64,000 bases of DNA from a virus, in the IMG/VR virus record IMGVR_UViG_3300002231_001563, positions 64,001 to 128,000 of that record. One strand, given 5' to 3'. Below the pieces are notes generated by a model that saw only the letters and a program-made list of their open reading frames with translations, ran no database searches and was not told where the DNA came from. The position numbers and the translations under genes are program-made. Positions 45,792 through 55,357 of this stretch are shown here, piece by piece. Numbering within the stretch: position 1 is the first letter of the stretch; every line of letters starts with the position of its first letter.

Positions 45792-48700
45792 ATGAGCTAC
45801 TGGAATGACGAAAATAAAGATAAGATACCCTCTGTTGTCCGCGAAGAAATTGTAGCCGCGATCTCTGACACCTCCGCACCTGTCTGGCCCAAATATGGTC
45901 CGGACAACGTTAATTTCCCTAACTATTTAAAGGTGGAGCCGTGGGAGCGAATTCATGCAGTTCCCCTTTCTTCCGCACTTACGGTCGGCCGTCCTGGCAC
46001 GGCGACGGTGAGCACAGACCCCTATGCCGACCCTGACGCGTACGCCTCATATAGCTGGAATATTGTCTCTTACGACAACTTCTTCGAAAAAGTAGTAAAA
46101 AATCCATCGGTCCTCTTCCAAGTTCCTAGTAAAGAAAAATTAGAAACGTGGGCCCCATGGACAGATAGTACGTCGCCCCACCACCTAAGTACGTCTCAAA
46201 TTGACGCCATAGTAAAAGAAAGAGATGACCTCCTCTCCGCAGCATCCGGCTTCGATTTTAATGCAGACCCACACTCGGAGTGGTTCAAGCGCCTTTATCA
46301 GTTATTTGAAAAACTGTTGGGAATCCCCTACAATCTGATACCTGTTCACGCCACGGGCTGGACTTCGGGCCCCCCAACGGCCCGGTATTCTTGGCACACA
46401 GATCCCGAGGGAAGCCTAATTGTCGACATGAAAGATGTCCTTCTGTATTTATACAATGAGGAATCTAATAGTCATAAGGCCTCAGTGCTGGAGACGTCGT
46501 CGGACTTGGACAAAATGGAAGGACTAAAATTTGACCACGATGACCCGGTAGACGCCCTGAAATCTCAAATTCGATCACGGGCCACTAAAGACTTAAAAGA
46601 CTATCAATCCCTCGATGACAACGCCGCGATCATGCTCAATCGAGCCGCCGAGGATGACAGGGATTATCTTCAATCCCTCATTCGTGAATCGGCCCAAAAT
46701 GTCCTGCGCTTAAATCTAGGAAGCTTCTACAAGGCTAATTCTCAATGGAAAAAAGACAACCCAGATATGGCTCCCGCCCAAGCCGCTACCGTTCGCGAAT
46801 CTGCGGCCTCGACATTGGCACCTCCCTATAGCAAACAAATCTATCTAGCATATGGCGAAAGTCAGAATTTAATAAATGTACTAGCTAATGATCCAGAGTC
46901 GCATAATTTTTTAAATATTAGAACCCATGAAGCATCTCAAATAGTCCCGATGATCCGCCTTTATAAAAATTATTTTGACCAGAACAATAAAACTGAAGGA
47001 GAGGTAGAATTTTCCTTTCCAGGTGCCACCGACCCTCTGGATCCGAGGTCGGGTGTAGGGATAAAATCCTTTGAATGGAAATATAATGCCACTAATCCGG
47101 CCACTATTAAAAATGATATAGAAGCTAAATTGGTTTTATACTTTCAGGACTTTAGTGACTTGACCAAGATAAGAAATGGATATGACACCATTAATGCCAG
47201 GCCCCAAACGTTTCAATATCAAGATTTGTTGATCAGGCCACCGGGAGCCAAGGGCATCTCCATCCCCATATCGAGCGCCGCCGAAACGAAGGCTGGTTGC
47301 TCCGATAAAACCTTAGTTTACGACCCTCGATTTTATGAAATTAAGGCAGTGGTGGGCTGGGCCCCGGTTGATAAAATCAGCAGCCCCCAAACCGAGAATA
47401 TTGTTGAGGCTATTGAAAATCAGCAAGTTCCCATGTTTTTGACTCTCATTGATCACACCTTTACTTTTACGCAAGAGGGTACTTTTGAGTTAGAAATAAC
47501 TTATCGCGCGCGCCTTGAAGCGCTCACCGAGGACCCTCGAATGGATGTACTATCCACCCCGGCTGTAAAAGAGGAGATAAATAAAAAATTAAAAAGAATT
47601 GCGGACCTCCAACAAACTTGTGGCGCCGATAGTTTAATTGAGGCCGAGCGAGATAACATTACACGAATAAAGGAAAAGAGCAGGGATGATTTGGCCTCCA
47701 GTATTATCAACGGCCTTGAGGATAAGATATTTATTTCTACTGTAAACTATAGAAGTTTTTTGGAAGCTATTGTGGGGGAAGACGGCCGACGAGCCCCTGC
47801 CGCCACCGCCCCCACCGCCGGCAAAGGCGATTACCTAAAAAACTGGAAAAGCCTTTTTATTTCCCCTGGAGACGTCTCCAACGCGGTTTTGGCCCGAGCA
47901 AAAACTCTGTCACCTGCCGCCGCCGCCTCCTTAGAAAACGCTCGTGCGCGCCTCGTGACTAGTTATGCCCCGTCACACCCTCAGTCGAAAAGCGAAGAGG
48001 AAGCCGAGGGCCCTGACGATGTCATGTCGACTGGAGGGATCTTGGAGGCTCGAACACCTGGAAGCAAGGCGCAACTTTTGAATATACCCTGGTTTTATTT
48101 TGGAGATTTAGCAAATTTAGTTATCTCCCGCACCCTCACAAACTCGACGCCCATAGATGCAGACTCTCCAGGAATTGTCCCGGGACTGGAATTGGAAAAT
48201 TTAAATTTTCTTTTCTCCTCGATCCCCATTAATCGAGTACATATTGCCCAGAACGCCTACGGCCGCAGCGCCAATGAGATCAACCAGGAGACGCTAAAAG
48301 CCGGCTTGGGCCAGACTCCCGACACCCAATACGCGTCAGCGCGTTCGACGAGCGCCCGAACATATCAATATGGTCAAGGGAGTATTATGGAAGAGTGTAA
48401 CCTGGCGGATGTGCCAATCGCCTTGGAGACCTTTAACCAGTGGTATATCAAAAAGATAATAAATACCAACAGAGGCACCTACCCCCTTCAGCAATTTTTG
48501 AAGGATTTCTTAGAAGATGTGGTGATAGCAATTATAAATAAGAAGGGATTTCAGGCCAACAGGTGGTTCATAATAAACTATTCGAGATCGGTATTGAATG
48601 CACTAAATATTTCCGTACCCTTTTACGAAGGGACCCCCATAGCTTTAAAGACTGCTGCAATTTCTCTACCCAGCACCCAGTCCCCCTTTGTGGCCAAGTC

Positions 48701-49448
48701 AGCGCGCCGAACTACACTAGGGGAGAATCCTCTCGAAAAACTACGCTATTTTAATTATAACCAGGCTTCCGATGACAATTATTATAGGTGCTGGATAAAT
48801 GCTCAAAAGTTTAATCCTGGAGAAGTAGAGGTTTCCCGGAGAAAAAATAGTCACGAAAATACCGTGGAAAATAGCTATCATTTATCGGTATTTTATTGCA
48901 TTAATGATGATACTTATCGTGAGCTTGGCCCCCCTAGAGACCCCGCTGAAACCCGCGAGCAGCGGGACTACCGAAAAGGTATTTATCATCTTTATTTGGG
49001 AGCCGACAGAGGAGTCGTTAAAGAGGTGGAATTTTCCAAAGTAGATGCACCCTTTTTGCGAGAAGCTCGAATGCAACAAGACGCACTAAATCCCTTGGCT
49101 CAATTGGCCGCTACCTACAACGTAAGTTTGAATCTAATTGGAAACACGGTATTTTGGCCTGGTCAATATGTTTTCGTTAATCCTATTGGTTTCGGAGACA
49201 TAGGGCTTCCCTGGGTAACGGATAGTGTCTCTCATCAGCTTGGGCTTGGAGGCTATCATTTGGTTACTGAGGTGTCCAATTTTATTGAAGATGGGAAATT
49301 CGAGACCAAAGTGAAGGCCCTTTTTGAAACCTCTGGTGATGGCTGCCCCTCAAACCCGAATATCCCACAGGGGTGCCCAACGAGTTCTCCTGCCGCCGGC
49401 GGCACCACTACGCCGGCCCCTATCAGTTCAGGCCCAGGATCAAAATAA
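45792..49448 (+). CDS. Large baseplate hub protein (gp27/gpD-like C-terminus)
   Basis: C-terminal YNVSLNLIGNTVFWPGQYVFV...GGYHLVTEVSNFIEDGKFETKV typical of hub proteins; follows the LysM gene. Confidence 0.6.
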   Translation: MSYWNDENKDKIPSVVREEIVAAISDTSAPVWPKYGPDNVNFPNYLKVEPWERIHAVPLSSALTVGRPGTATVSTDPYADPDAYASYSWNIVSYDNFFEKVVKNPSVLFQVPSKEKLETWAPWTDSTSPHHLSTSQIDAIVKERDDLLSAASGFDFNADPHSEWFKRLYQLFEKLLGIPYNLIPVHATGWTSGPPTARYSWHTDPEGSLIVDMKDVLLYLYNEESNSHKASVLETSSDLDKMEGLKFDHDDPVDALKSQIRSRATKDLKDYQSLDDNAAIMLNRAAEDDRDYLQSLIRESAQNVLRLNLGSFYKANSQWKKDNPDMAPAQAATVRESAASTLAPPYSKQIYLAYGESQNLINVLANDPESHNFLNIRTHEASQIVPMIRLYKNYFDQNNKTEGEVEFSFPGATDPLDPRSGVGIKSFEWKYNATNPATIKNDIEAKLVLYFQDFSDLTKIRNGYDTINARPQTFQYQDLLIRPPGAKGISIPISSAAETKAGCSDKTLVYDPRFYEIKAVVGWAPVDKISSPQTENIVEAIENQQVPMFLTLIDHTFTFTQEGTFELEITYRARLEALTEDPRMDVLSTPAVKEEINKKLKRIADLQQTCGADSLIEAERDNITRIKEKSRDDLASSIINGLEDKIFISTVNYRSFLEAIVGEDGRRAPAATAPTAGKGDYLKNWKSLFISPGDVSNAVLARAKTLSPAAAASLENARARLVTSYAPSHPQSKSEEEAEGPDDVMSTGGILEARTPGSKAQLLNIPWFYFGDLANLVISRTLTNSTPIDADSPGIVPGLELENLNFLFSSIPINRVHIAQNAYGRSANEINQETLKAGLGQTPDTQYASARSTSARTYQYGQGSIMEECNLADVPIALETFNQWYIKKIINTNRGTYPLQQFLKDFLEDVVIAIINKKGFQANRWFIINYSRSVLNALNISVPFYEGTPIALKTAAISLPSTQSPFVAKSARRTTLGENPLEKLRYFNYNQASDDNYYRCWINAQKFNPGEVEVSRRKNSHENTVENSYHLSVFYCINDDTYRELGPPRDPAETREQRDYRKGIYHLYLGADRGVVKEVEFSKVDAPFLREARMQQDALNPLAQLAATYNVSLNLIGNTVFWPGQYVFVNPIGFGDIGLPWVTDSVSHQLGLGGYHLVTEVSNFIEDGKFETKVKALFETSGDGCPSNPNIPQGCPTSSPAAGGTTTPAPISSGPGSK

Positions 49449-49457
49449 GGAATAAGT

Positions 49458-50768
49458 GTGATGCCCTTCAATATCAAGAAAGCAATAAATTTATTGGACA
49501 GAAAGAGAGACCTTACGGCAGAAAACGGAGATCGCAGCAAGGATCTATTTTATGGTCGAATTTTATATGACAATTATGCTTATTCATCTATTTCCTCGTT
49601 AAAAATTTATGAATCTCTGCTGCCCATCCGCAATTTCAGAATAGCCGAAAATTGTTTTTATGGACGCATTTCCCCAGATTATCATGCCATTGTGCCGTTG
49701 CCTCACACACTAGTATTTGTCAAAGAAGGCGTGGCAGCTTCTCGCTATGCCTTGACGGCTTTTGAGGCCCTGCAGTCCGCCGCCACAAGAGATGTGGCCT
49801 CGGGTAAATTACCAGCAGACATTCCCTATATTTCAGACATACAGGCCCACTCGGGCTATGACGATATTAATACAAAGTATAATTCATGGGCTAAAGATGC
49901 CTTGATGGGCACTTTTAGTTCGTATGTCGCTCAAACGGGACAGGATGAAAAGGTAGTCACCTTTGATAGTTTTATGAAAATCTTCGAAGAACACTTGACA
50001 GCCATCATAGAGCAAGTCGGCGCCGCAACCTTCTCTTCTTATTGTCTCTCTACCAGGAGTAGTGTCAAATCAAGCGGCTTGGCTCTAGATATAGCGGATC
50101 TTGATTTGTCTAAAGATTCGGATAAGATAGAATTTTCAAGTAGTCCTTATTTTTCTTATTACGTTCAACTCGCCCACTCCTTTGGATTTTTTGTAGACTA
50201 TAACGCGCCCTGGAGGCTAATATTGGATATCACCTCTCCTGTCACTATGAGGAGGTATGATTATGATAATCTCTTTTCTTTCTTTGATCTTACTTCGCGC
50301 AATGCCTATAATGATGATTTGGCCGTCTTAAAGCACATGGCGTTCAAGACGTACACAAATTACGTTACACAATCTCCCTCTTTTCGAAAAAGCCGAGTAA
50401 CGCGCGCCGGGTGTCCCGATGACACATATATAATTCGCCAGCGGTTATCCTTGGAGGAATTCGAAGCTAATTACACCGATGAGTATTGGCTATCCTTCTA
50501 TATCTCCCTCAAAAACAAAGAAAAGAATTTGAATTTTTCGCAGCACCAAGTGGCACAAATCCAAAAAAATGCAAAAGAATATAAAAAACATGTTGACATC
50601 CAGACCGCAATGCGTTATATTAATAATATCTTTCAAGACCTTCCGGCACAGGAAGGGTCTTACTATTCATTACTCACCAGGGCACAATATAAGGGAATAG
50701 GGTCCCCGCCATTTGAAGATTTCGATAGGTATATCGAAAATGTGGTGAGATCTTATAAGCAAATTTAG
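49458..50768 (+). CDS. Hypothetical protein (last gene of the tail cluster)
   Basis: 436-aa ORF with no recognisable motif; contains a promoter near its 3' end. Confidence 0.6.
   Translation: MMPFNIKKAINLLDRKRDLTAENGDRSKDLFYGRILYDNYAYSSISSLKIYESLLPIRNFRIAENCFYGRISPDYHAIVPLPHTLVFVKEGVAASRYALTAFEALQSAATRDVASGKLPADIPYISDIQAHSGYDDINTKYNSWAKDALMGTFSSYVAQTGQDEKVVTFDSFMKIFEEHLTAIIEQVGAATFSSYCLSTRSSVKSSGLALDIADLDLSKDSDKIEFSSSPYFSYYVQLAHSFGFFVDYNAPWRLILDITSPVTMRRYDYDNLFSFFDLTSRNAYNDDLAVLKHMAFKTYTNYVTQSPSFRKSRVTRAGCPDDTYIIRQRLSLEEFEANYTDEYWLSFYISLKNKEKNLNFSQHQVAQIQKNAKEYKKHVDIQTAMRYINNIFQDLPAQEGSYYSLLTRAQYKGIGSPPFEDFDRYIENVVRSYKQI
50593..50621 (+). promoter_or_regulatory. Sigma70-type promoter inside the upstream CDS (PolA operon)
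   Basis: TTGACA (50593-50598)-N17-TATATT (50616-50621). Confidence 0.75.
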
Positions 50769-50776
50769 GGGTTTAA

Positions 50777-51961
50777 TTGCTTTTTCAAACACTCGATGAC
50801 AAAAAAGAGTGCACAGGGCTGTATATAAATCGAGAGCTGGACTTCAGCGGAACGCTCCCATTGGGCCTCTCGCGCACTTGGTCATATTCAGCCTTTCTAG
50901 AAGATTTAGAGGTGGAATATGCCAAGATTTATTGTGGAGGAATTACACTCGATAAGGCATGCCCAGAGGCGCTTAGAGACCGCTGGACGTCCACTAGCGA
51001 GCAATTGCAAGCATTCATCCGATCTTTTCATACGGCTCGTGTATCGCTCCATGAGAACTGTTTTTTTGATTTAGTGCCTGAAAAGTTTCTTTTGGAGTTT
51101 TGCGATATCAAAAACCAGATTTGTGAGTATGTTTTTGCTACTCACCAAAAGCCCGCTAATTATGATTATCTTCTCGAACTGACAAAACTAATCGAACAAA
51201 TAAAATATCAACCCCTCAATATCAATGCAGGTAATCTGTCACTCTTTAAATCATCTCATAGAAAATTTGCACAAAAATTAAAAACCCTTTCCCCTTTTTG
51301 TAGCTTTAATATATATGGAACCAAGACCGGCCGCCTAACAAGTTTCAAGCATAGCTTCCCGATACTCACTCTTGATAAAACTCTGAGAGGAGTCTTGGAG
51401 CCCCATAATGATTATTTTATAGAAATTGATTTCAATGCAGCAGAATTGAGAACCCTTCTTTCGTTGCAGGGAAAACCTCAACCTGACGAAGACATGCATG
51501 CTTGGAATATTAAAAACGTTTTCCGAGGCTTGGGAACCAGAGAGGAGGCCAAGAAGAGAATTTTTGCTTGGTTATACAACCCGGAGAGTGAAGACTATCT
51601 CTGTGAGCGAGCCTACGACAGAGGCTCTGTGGTACAAAAGCACTTCACTGGGGGCCAAGTGACAACCTTTTTTAACAAGGCCATTCCATCAGCCGAGAGG
51701 ACGGCCTTAAATTATATTATTCAGAGTACATGCGCAGAGAATGTTTTGAGACAAATGATAAAGGTGTCTAATTATTTAAAAGATAAAAAGTCTTTCGTTG
51801 CTTTTCCTATTCATGATTCAATTGTTATTGATTTCTCCTTAGAGGACAGGGAATTATTGCCTGAAATTATAGAAACTTTCTCTGCCACGGAGTTGGGAAA
51901 ATTCATGACAAATATCAGTGTAGGGAAAAACTTTGGCTCTATGGAAAAAATGAGGATTTAA
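50777..51961 (+). CDS. polA: Family A DNA polymerase, polymerase domain only
   Basis: TKTGRLTS, motif A IDFNAAELR, motif B REEAKKRIFAWLY, ALNYIIQST, motif C IHDS; TTG start. Confidence 0.85.
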   Translation: MLFQTLDDKKECTGLYINRELDFSGTLPLGLSRTWSYSAFLEDLEVEYAKIYCGGITLDKACPEALRDRWTSTSEQLQAFIRSFHTARVSLHENCFFDLVPEKFLLEFCDIKNQICEYVFATHQKPANYDYLLELTKLIEQIKYQPLNINAGNLSLFKSSHRKFAQKLKTLSPFCSFNIYGTKTGRLTSFKHSFPILTLDKTLRGVLEPHNDYFIEIDFNAAELRTLLSLQGKPQPDEDMHAWNIKNVFRGLGTREEAKKRIFAWLYNPESEDYLCERAYDRGSVVQKHFTGGQVTTFFNKAIPSAERTALNYIIQSTCAENVLRQMIKVSNYLKDKKSFVAFPIHDSIVIDFSLEDRELLPEIIETFSATELGKFMTNISVGKNFGSMEKMRI

Positions 51962-51965
51962 GAGA

Positions 51966-52814
51966 ATGAACATCATAGGTTTGGGTAAAGCAGGGTGTGC
52001 CATTGCAGATAGCCTGGGAGAATACCCCCAATATAAAAAAATAAAAATAGATGTTGACATTAGTGGAAAAGGATGCTATACTTTACCTACGTTTGAAAAT
52101 GCAGAGGATTATGAAAACTATGACTATCCTAAATTAAAATCTTTTCTTAAGGATCTCAAGGGACAGACTGTATTTGTACTTGCTGGGTCTGGCACATCGT
52201 CGTGTGCCTCTTTGAGAATCCTGGAACACCTCAGGCGCTTACCAATTTCAATTTTATATATTCAGCCAGATCTAGAGTTGCTCACTGAGAAACAAAACCT
52301 ACAAGAAAGGGTGGTGTTTCATGTTTTACAGGAATATGCCAGATCCGGCGTTTTTGAGGAAATGTGTATTATATCCAATACGAGCCTTGACACCGCCCTC
52401 GGGGGCGCCCCAATTTTGGGATACTACGAGAAGTTAAACGAGATTTTGATAAATACGATTCATATGATAAATATTTTTAGAAATTCAGAGCCAGTGCTCG
52501 GAAACATAGGAGATTCCAAACAAACTCACAGAATATTCACCGTTGGGATCTTTGATCCGAAAAAAGATTCAGAAAAAATGCTTTTTTCCCTTGACAATGC
52601 CCGCGAAAGATGTTATATTTATGGTATCAATGAAGATAAGTTAAAGACCGATACGCATTTATTATCTAAATTGAAAAAACAAATAAACTCGAAGTCGAAG
52701 GAGAATTTAGCCATATCGTATGCAGTTTATTCTACGGAATACGATAATGACATAGGGTATATTATAGAAAAAACACCACACCCACAACAAAGAAAAAAAA
52801 CTAACATAAATTAA
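51966..52814 (+). CDS. Divergent tubulin/FtsZ-superfamily protein (PhuZ/TubZ-like)
   Basis: T1 loop IIGLGKAGCAIA; IDVD; degenerate signature AGSGTSSC; ILYIQP; CIISN aligns with FtsZ IVIPN. Confidence 0.65.
   Translation: MNIIGLGKAGCAIADSLGEYPQYKKIKIDVDISGKGCYTLPTFENAEDYENYDYPKLKSFLKDLKGQTVFVLAGSGTSSCASLRILEHLRRLPISILYIQPDLELLTEKQNLQERVVFHVLQEYARSGVFEEMCIISNTSLDTALGGAPILGYYEKLNEILINTIHMINIFRNSEPVLGNIGDSKQTHRIFTVGIFDPKKDSEKMLFSLDNARERCYIYGINEDKLKTDTHLLSKLKKQINSKSKENLAISYAVYSTEYDNDIGYIIEKTPHPQQRKKTNIN
52054..52082 (+). promoter_or_regulatory. Sigma70-type promoter inside the tubulin-like gene (5' part)
   Basis: TTGACA (52054-52059)-N17-TATACT (52077-52082) with extended TG. Confidence 0.6.
52591..52619 (+). 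promoter_or_regulatory. Sigma70-type promoter inside the tubulin-like gene (SSB operon)
   Basis: TTGACA (52591-52596)-N17-TATATT (52614-52619) with extended TG. Confidence 0.8.
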
Positions 52815-52820
52815 ACTCAG

Positions 52821-52844
52821 TAGGGCGAGAGATTTGTCGCCCTA
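52821..52844 (+). promoter_or_regulatory. Stem-loop in the SSB leader
   Basis: TAGGGCGA-GAGATTTG-TCGCCCTA without a U-tract. Confidence 0.55.
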
Positions 52845-52885
52845 ACTTTAGCTACTAGCACAATTTCATCAAAGGAGAAAATAAC

Positions 52886-53665
52886 ATGGCTTTAGATATT
52901 ACAAAAATTCGAGCACGTCTCGAAAACGTTAAGAACAATGGCAAGGCGGGAGGAAGCTTCTGGCGGCCAAAAGATGGAACGCAAGTAATCCGAATTGTCC
53001 CCACTTCAGATGGCGACCCTTTTAAAGATTACTGGTTTCATTACAACCTAGGTCCGGATCAAAGAGGCGGCCTTCTTTGTCCCAATAAAAATCATGGTGA
53101 GGATTGTCCTATCTGCAACTTCAAAGATCAGCTTTGGAAGGACTTTAACGCAACACAGGACCCGGATACGATGAAATTGGCAAAAGATTTGTCACCTCGT
53201 CAGCGGTTCTTCTCTCCCGTTATGGTTCGCACCGAGGAAGGCGAAGGTATCCGTATCTGGGGCTATGGTAAAGAGGCCTACACCTCTCTTCTCAACTTAG
53301 TATTAAATCCTGAATATGGTGATATTACCGACGTTGATGACGGAACCGATCTCACTCTTACCTATGGAAAACCTCCTGGGGCTAATTTCCCCAAAACTAC
53401 CCTCACACCTCGGCGACGTACAAGTCCCCTTTGTGATGATATGGTCGGCGGAGATGAGGAGTGCACACGGCTGCTAGACAATATTCCTAGTTTTGATAAC
53501 CTCTTTCCGGTTAAAACCAAGGAAGAGGTTCAGGCGGCCCTTGATGGTTTCATCAATTCTCTAGCAGGAGATGAAGAAGCGTCAGATATTAGTGTTTCTC
53601 AATTGAGCGACACCTCCACTACTCCAGATGTTGTAGCGGCTTTCAACGAGCTTACAGGCAATTAA
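52886..53665 (+). CDS. gp32: Single-stranded DNA-binding protein (T4 gp32-like)
   Basis: FWRPKDG, IRIVP, FHY, CP...CPIC Zn site, RFFSPVMVR, IWGYGK; acidic tail. Confidence 0.85.
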   Translation: MALDITKIRARLENVKNNGKAGGSFWRPKDGTQVIRIVPTSDGDPFKDYWFHYNLGPDQRGGLLCPNKNHGEDCPICNFKDQLWKDFNATQDPDTMKLAKDLSPRQRFFSPVMVRTEEGEGIRIWGYGKEAYTSLLNLVLNPEYGDITDVDDGTDLTLTYGKPPGANFPKTTLTPRRRTSPLCDDMVGGDEECTRLLDNIPSFDNLFPVKTKEEVQAALDGFINSLAGDEEASDISVSQLSDTSTTPDVVAAFNELTGN

Positions 53666-53670
53666 CCCCC

Positions 53671-53703
53671 ACCGCAGGGAGGCACGGGTTTAGAGGTGCC
53701 TCA
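53671..53703 (+). repeat. 33-nt structured direct repeat, copy 1
   Basis: ACCGCAGGGAGGCACGGGTTTAGAGGTGCCTCA; stem GAGGCAC/GTGCCTC. Confidence 0.9.
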
Positions 53704-53726
53704 ACATTTCTAAAAAAGGAAGAAAA

Positions 53727-54161
53727 ATGACAGTAGCAGCAAAAGGAAGTCAAGTTAGTGTTCACTATCGCGGAACCTTAACTGATGGAACCGAATTTGA
53801 TAATTCATATTCCCGAAATACCCCCATTACATTTCAGCTTGGATCGGGCCAGATGATTGCAGGATTTGATAGCGCCGTAGTCGGAATGACAATTGGCGAA
53901 ACCAAAACCATCACCATCTCTCCTGAAGATGCCTATGGAGCACCAGATCCAGAGAGGAAAACAGAGCTTTCACGAGACTTATTTCCCACTGAATTGGAAT
54001 TGGAAGAAGGCATGCCCGTCCCTTTGGGTACTCCTGATGGTCGCCACCTAGTGGGAAAGATTACGCAGTTAAGCGAGCAAACTGTAACGGTCGACCTGAA
54101 CCACCCTCTTGCGGGTGAAGAACTGAGCTTTGATATTGAGCTAGTTGAAATTGAAGAATAG
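53727..54161 (+). CDS. FKBP-type peptidyl-prolyl isomerase (SlyD/FkpB-like)
   Basis: VSVHYRGTLTDGTEFDNS, LGSGQMIAGFD, PEDAYG, VDLNHPLAG; insert-in-flap domain; no His-rich tail. Confidence 0.95.
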   Translation: MTVAAKGSQVSVHYRGTLTDGTEFDNSYSRNTPITFQLGSGQMIAGFDSAVVGMTIGETKTITISPEDAYGAPDPERKTELSRDLFPTELELEEGMPVPLGTPDGRHLVGKITQLSEQTVTVDLNHPLAGEELSFDIELVEIEE

Positions 54162-54178
54162 GCAGGTATAGGGAAAAG

Positions 54179-54211
54179 ACCGCAGGGAGGCACGGGTTTA
54201 CAGGTGTCTTA
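54179..54211 (+). repeat. 33-nt structured direct repeat, copy 2
   Basis: ACCGCAGGGAGGCACGGGTTTACAGGTGTCTTA (30/33 identical to copy 1), followed by T8. Confidence 0.9.
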
Positions 54212-54236
54212 TTTTTTTTAAGGGAGTTAATTAAGA

Positions 54237-55340
54237 ATGGCAAAACGAACTTCAACTGGCAAGCTTTCTATGTCCGAAATGAGAAAGCTCATCAACAAGA
54301 AGGCGGGCATGAATGTGGCCCACAACCTAAAAGAAGAGAATCCTACAGAGGTTATCCAATGGATTCCGACTGGCTCACGCTGGCTGGACTCAATTATTTG
54401 CAGAGGAAAATTAGCGGGCATTCCTGTAGGGAAGATTTCGGAGATCGCTGGTTTAGAGGCTACGGGAAAATCCTATATGGCCGCCCAGATTGCGGCCAAT
54501 GCTCAAAAAATGGGTATGGATGTTGTATATTTTGACTCCGAGTCAGCCATTGACCCTTACTTCTTGGAGAATACTGGCTGCGATTTAGAAAAATTACTCT
54601 ATATTCAAGCCACTTCGGTAGAATTTGTTCTCGAAACCATGGAAGAATTGCTAGGTTCTGACAACCAAATACTTTTTATTTGGGATTCCCTCGCTCTCAC
54701 TCCGGCTATCTCTGATGTAGAGGGGGATTTCAACCCTCAATCATCGATGGCCATGAAGGCTCGGATCCTCTCTAAGGGTATGTCGAAACTGACGGTACCA
54801 ATCGCTAACACCAAGTCGACTTTCCTTGTCTTAAATCAACTGAAGACCAATATTACGCGCTCACCCAGTGAGGCGATGACAACTCCTTATGTCACGCCGG
54901 GCGGCAAGGCCATAATATACGCATACTCTCTACGCATTTGGTTAACTGGGAGAAAAGCAAAAGCCAGTTTTGTCCTGGATGATAATGGCTTTCGAATTGG
55001 TTCCGAGGTGAAGGTAAAGCTGGAGAAGTCCCGTTTTGGCACTCAGGGGCGCCGCTGTAACTTTCGTATTTTATGGGGAGGCGACAAGGTAGCCATTCAG
55101 GATGATGAATCGCTGTTCGAGGCCGTGAAGGGCTCAGACAATATTATTCAATCCGGCGCGTGGTTCACTATGGTATTTGAAGACGGCTCCACTGAAAAAT
55201 TCCAGGCATCCAAATGGGCCGACAAGATGCAGAGCGACGCCTTTCGAAACAGGGTTTATCAAATTATTGATGAGGAAGTCATTATGAAATTCGACAATCG
55301 ACAGGGTAAAGCCGAAGACTTTTATGACTCTGAGGAGTAA
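54237..55340 (+). CDS. recA: RecA/UvsX recombinase
   Basis: IPTGS..LD, Walker A GLEATGKS, YFDSE, IWDSL, LNQL, TPGGKA. Confidence 0.93.
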   Translation: MAKRTSTGKLSMSEMRKLINKKAGMNVAHNLKEENPTEVIQWIPTGSRWLDSIICRGKLAGIPVGKISEIAGLEATGKSYMAAQIAANAQKMGMDVVYFDSESAIDPYFLENTGCDLEKLLYIQATSVEFVLETMEELLGSDNQILFIWDSLALTPAISDVEGDFNPQSSMAMKARILSKGMSKLTVPIANTKSTFLVLNQLKTNITRSPSEAMTTPYVTPGGKAIIYAYSLRIWLTGRKAKASFVLDDNGFRIGSEVKVKLEKSRFGTQGRRCNFRILWGGDKVAIQDDESLFEAVKGSDNIIQSGAWFTMVFEDGSTEKFQASKWADKMQSDAFRNRVYQIIDEEVIMKFDNRQGKAEDFYDSEE

Positions 55341-55357
55341 GGCGCACTATATAGATC

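Noticed and set aside
51966-52814. Calling this a nucleus-forming phage because of the tubulin
   Set aside because: No chimallin or multisubunit RNAP genes in the window, and the structural genes are T4-type.
53671-54211. Direct repeats as a CRISPR array
   Set aside because: Only two copies, separated by about 475 nt containing a full gene; no cas genes.
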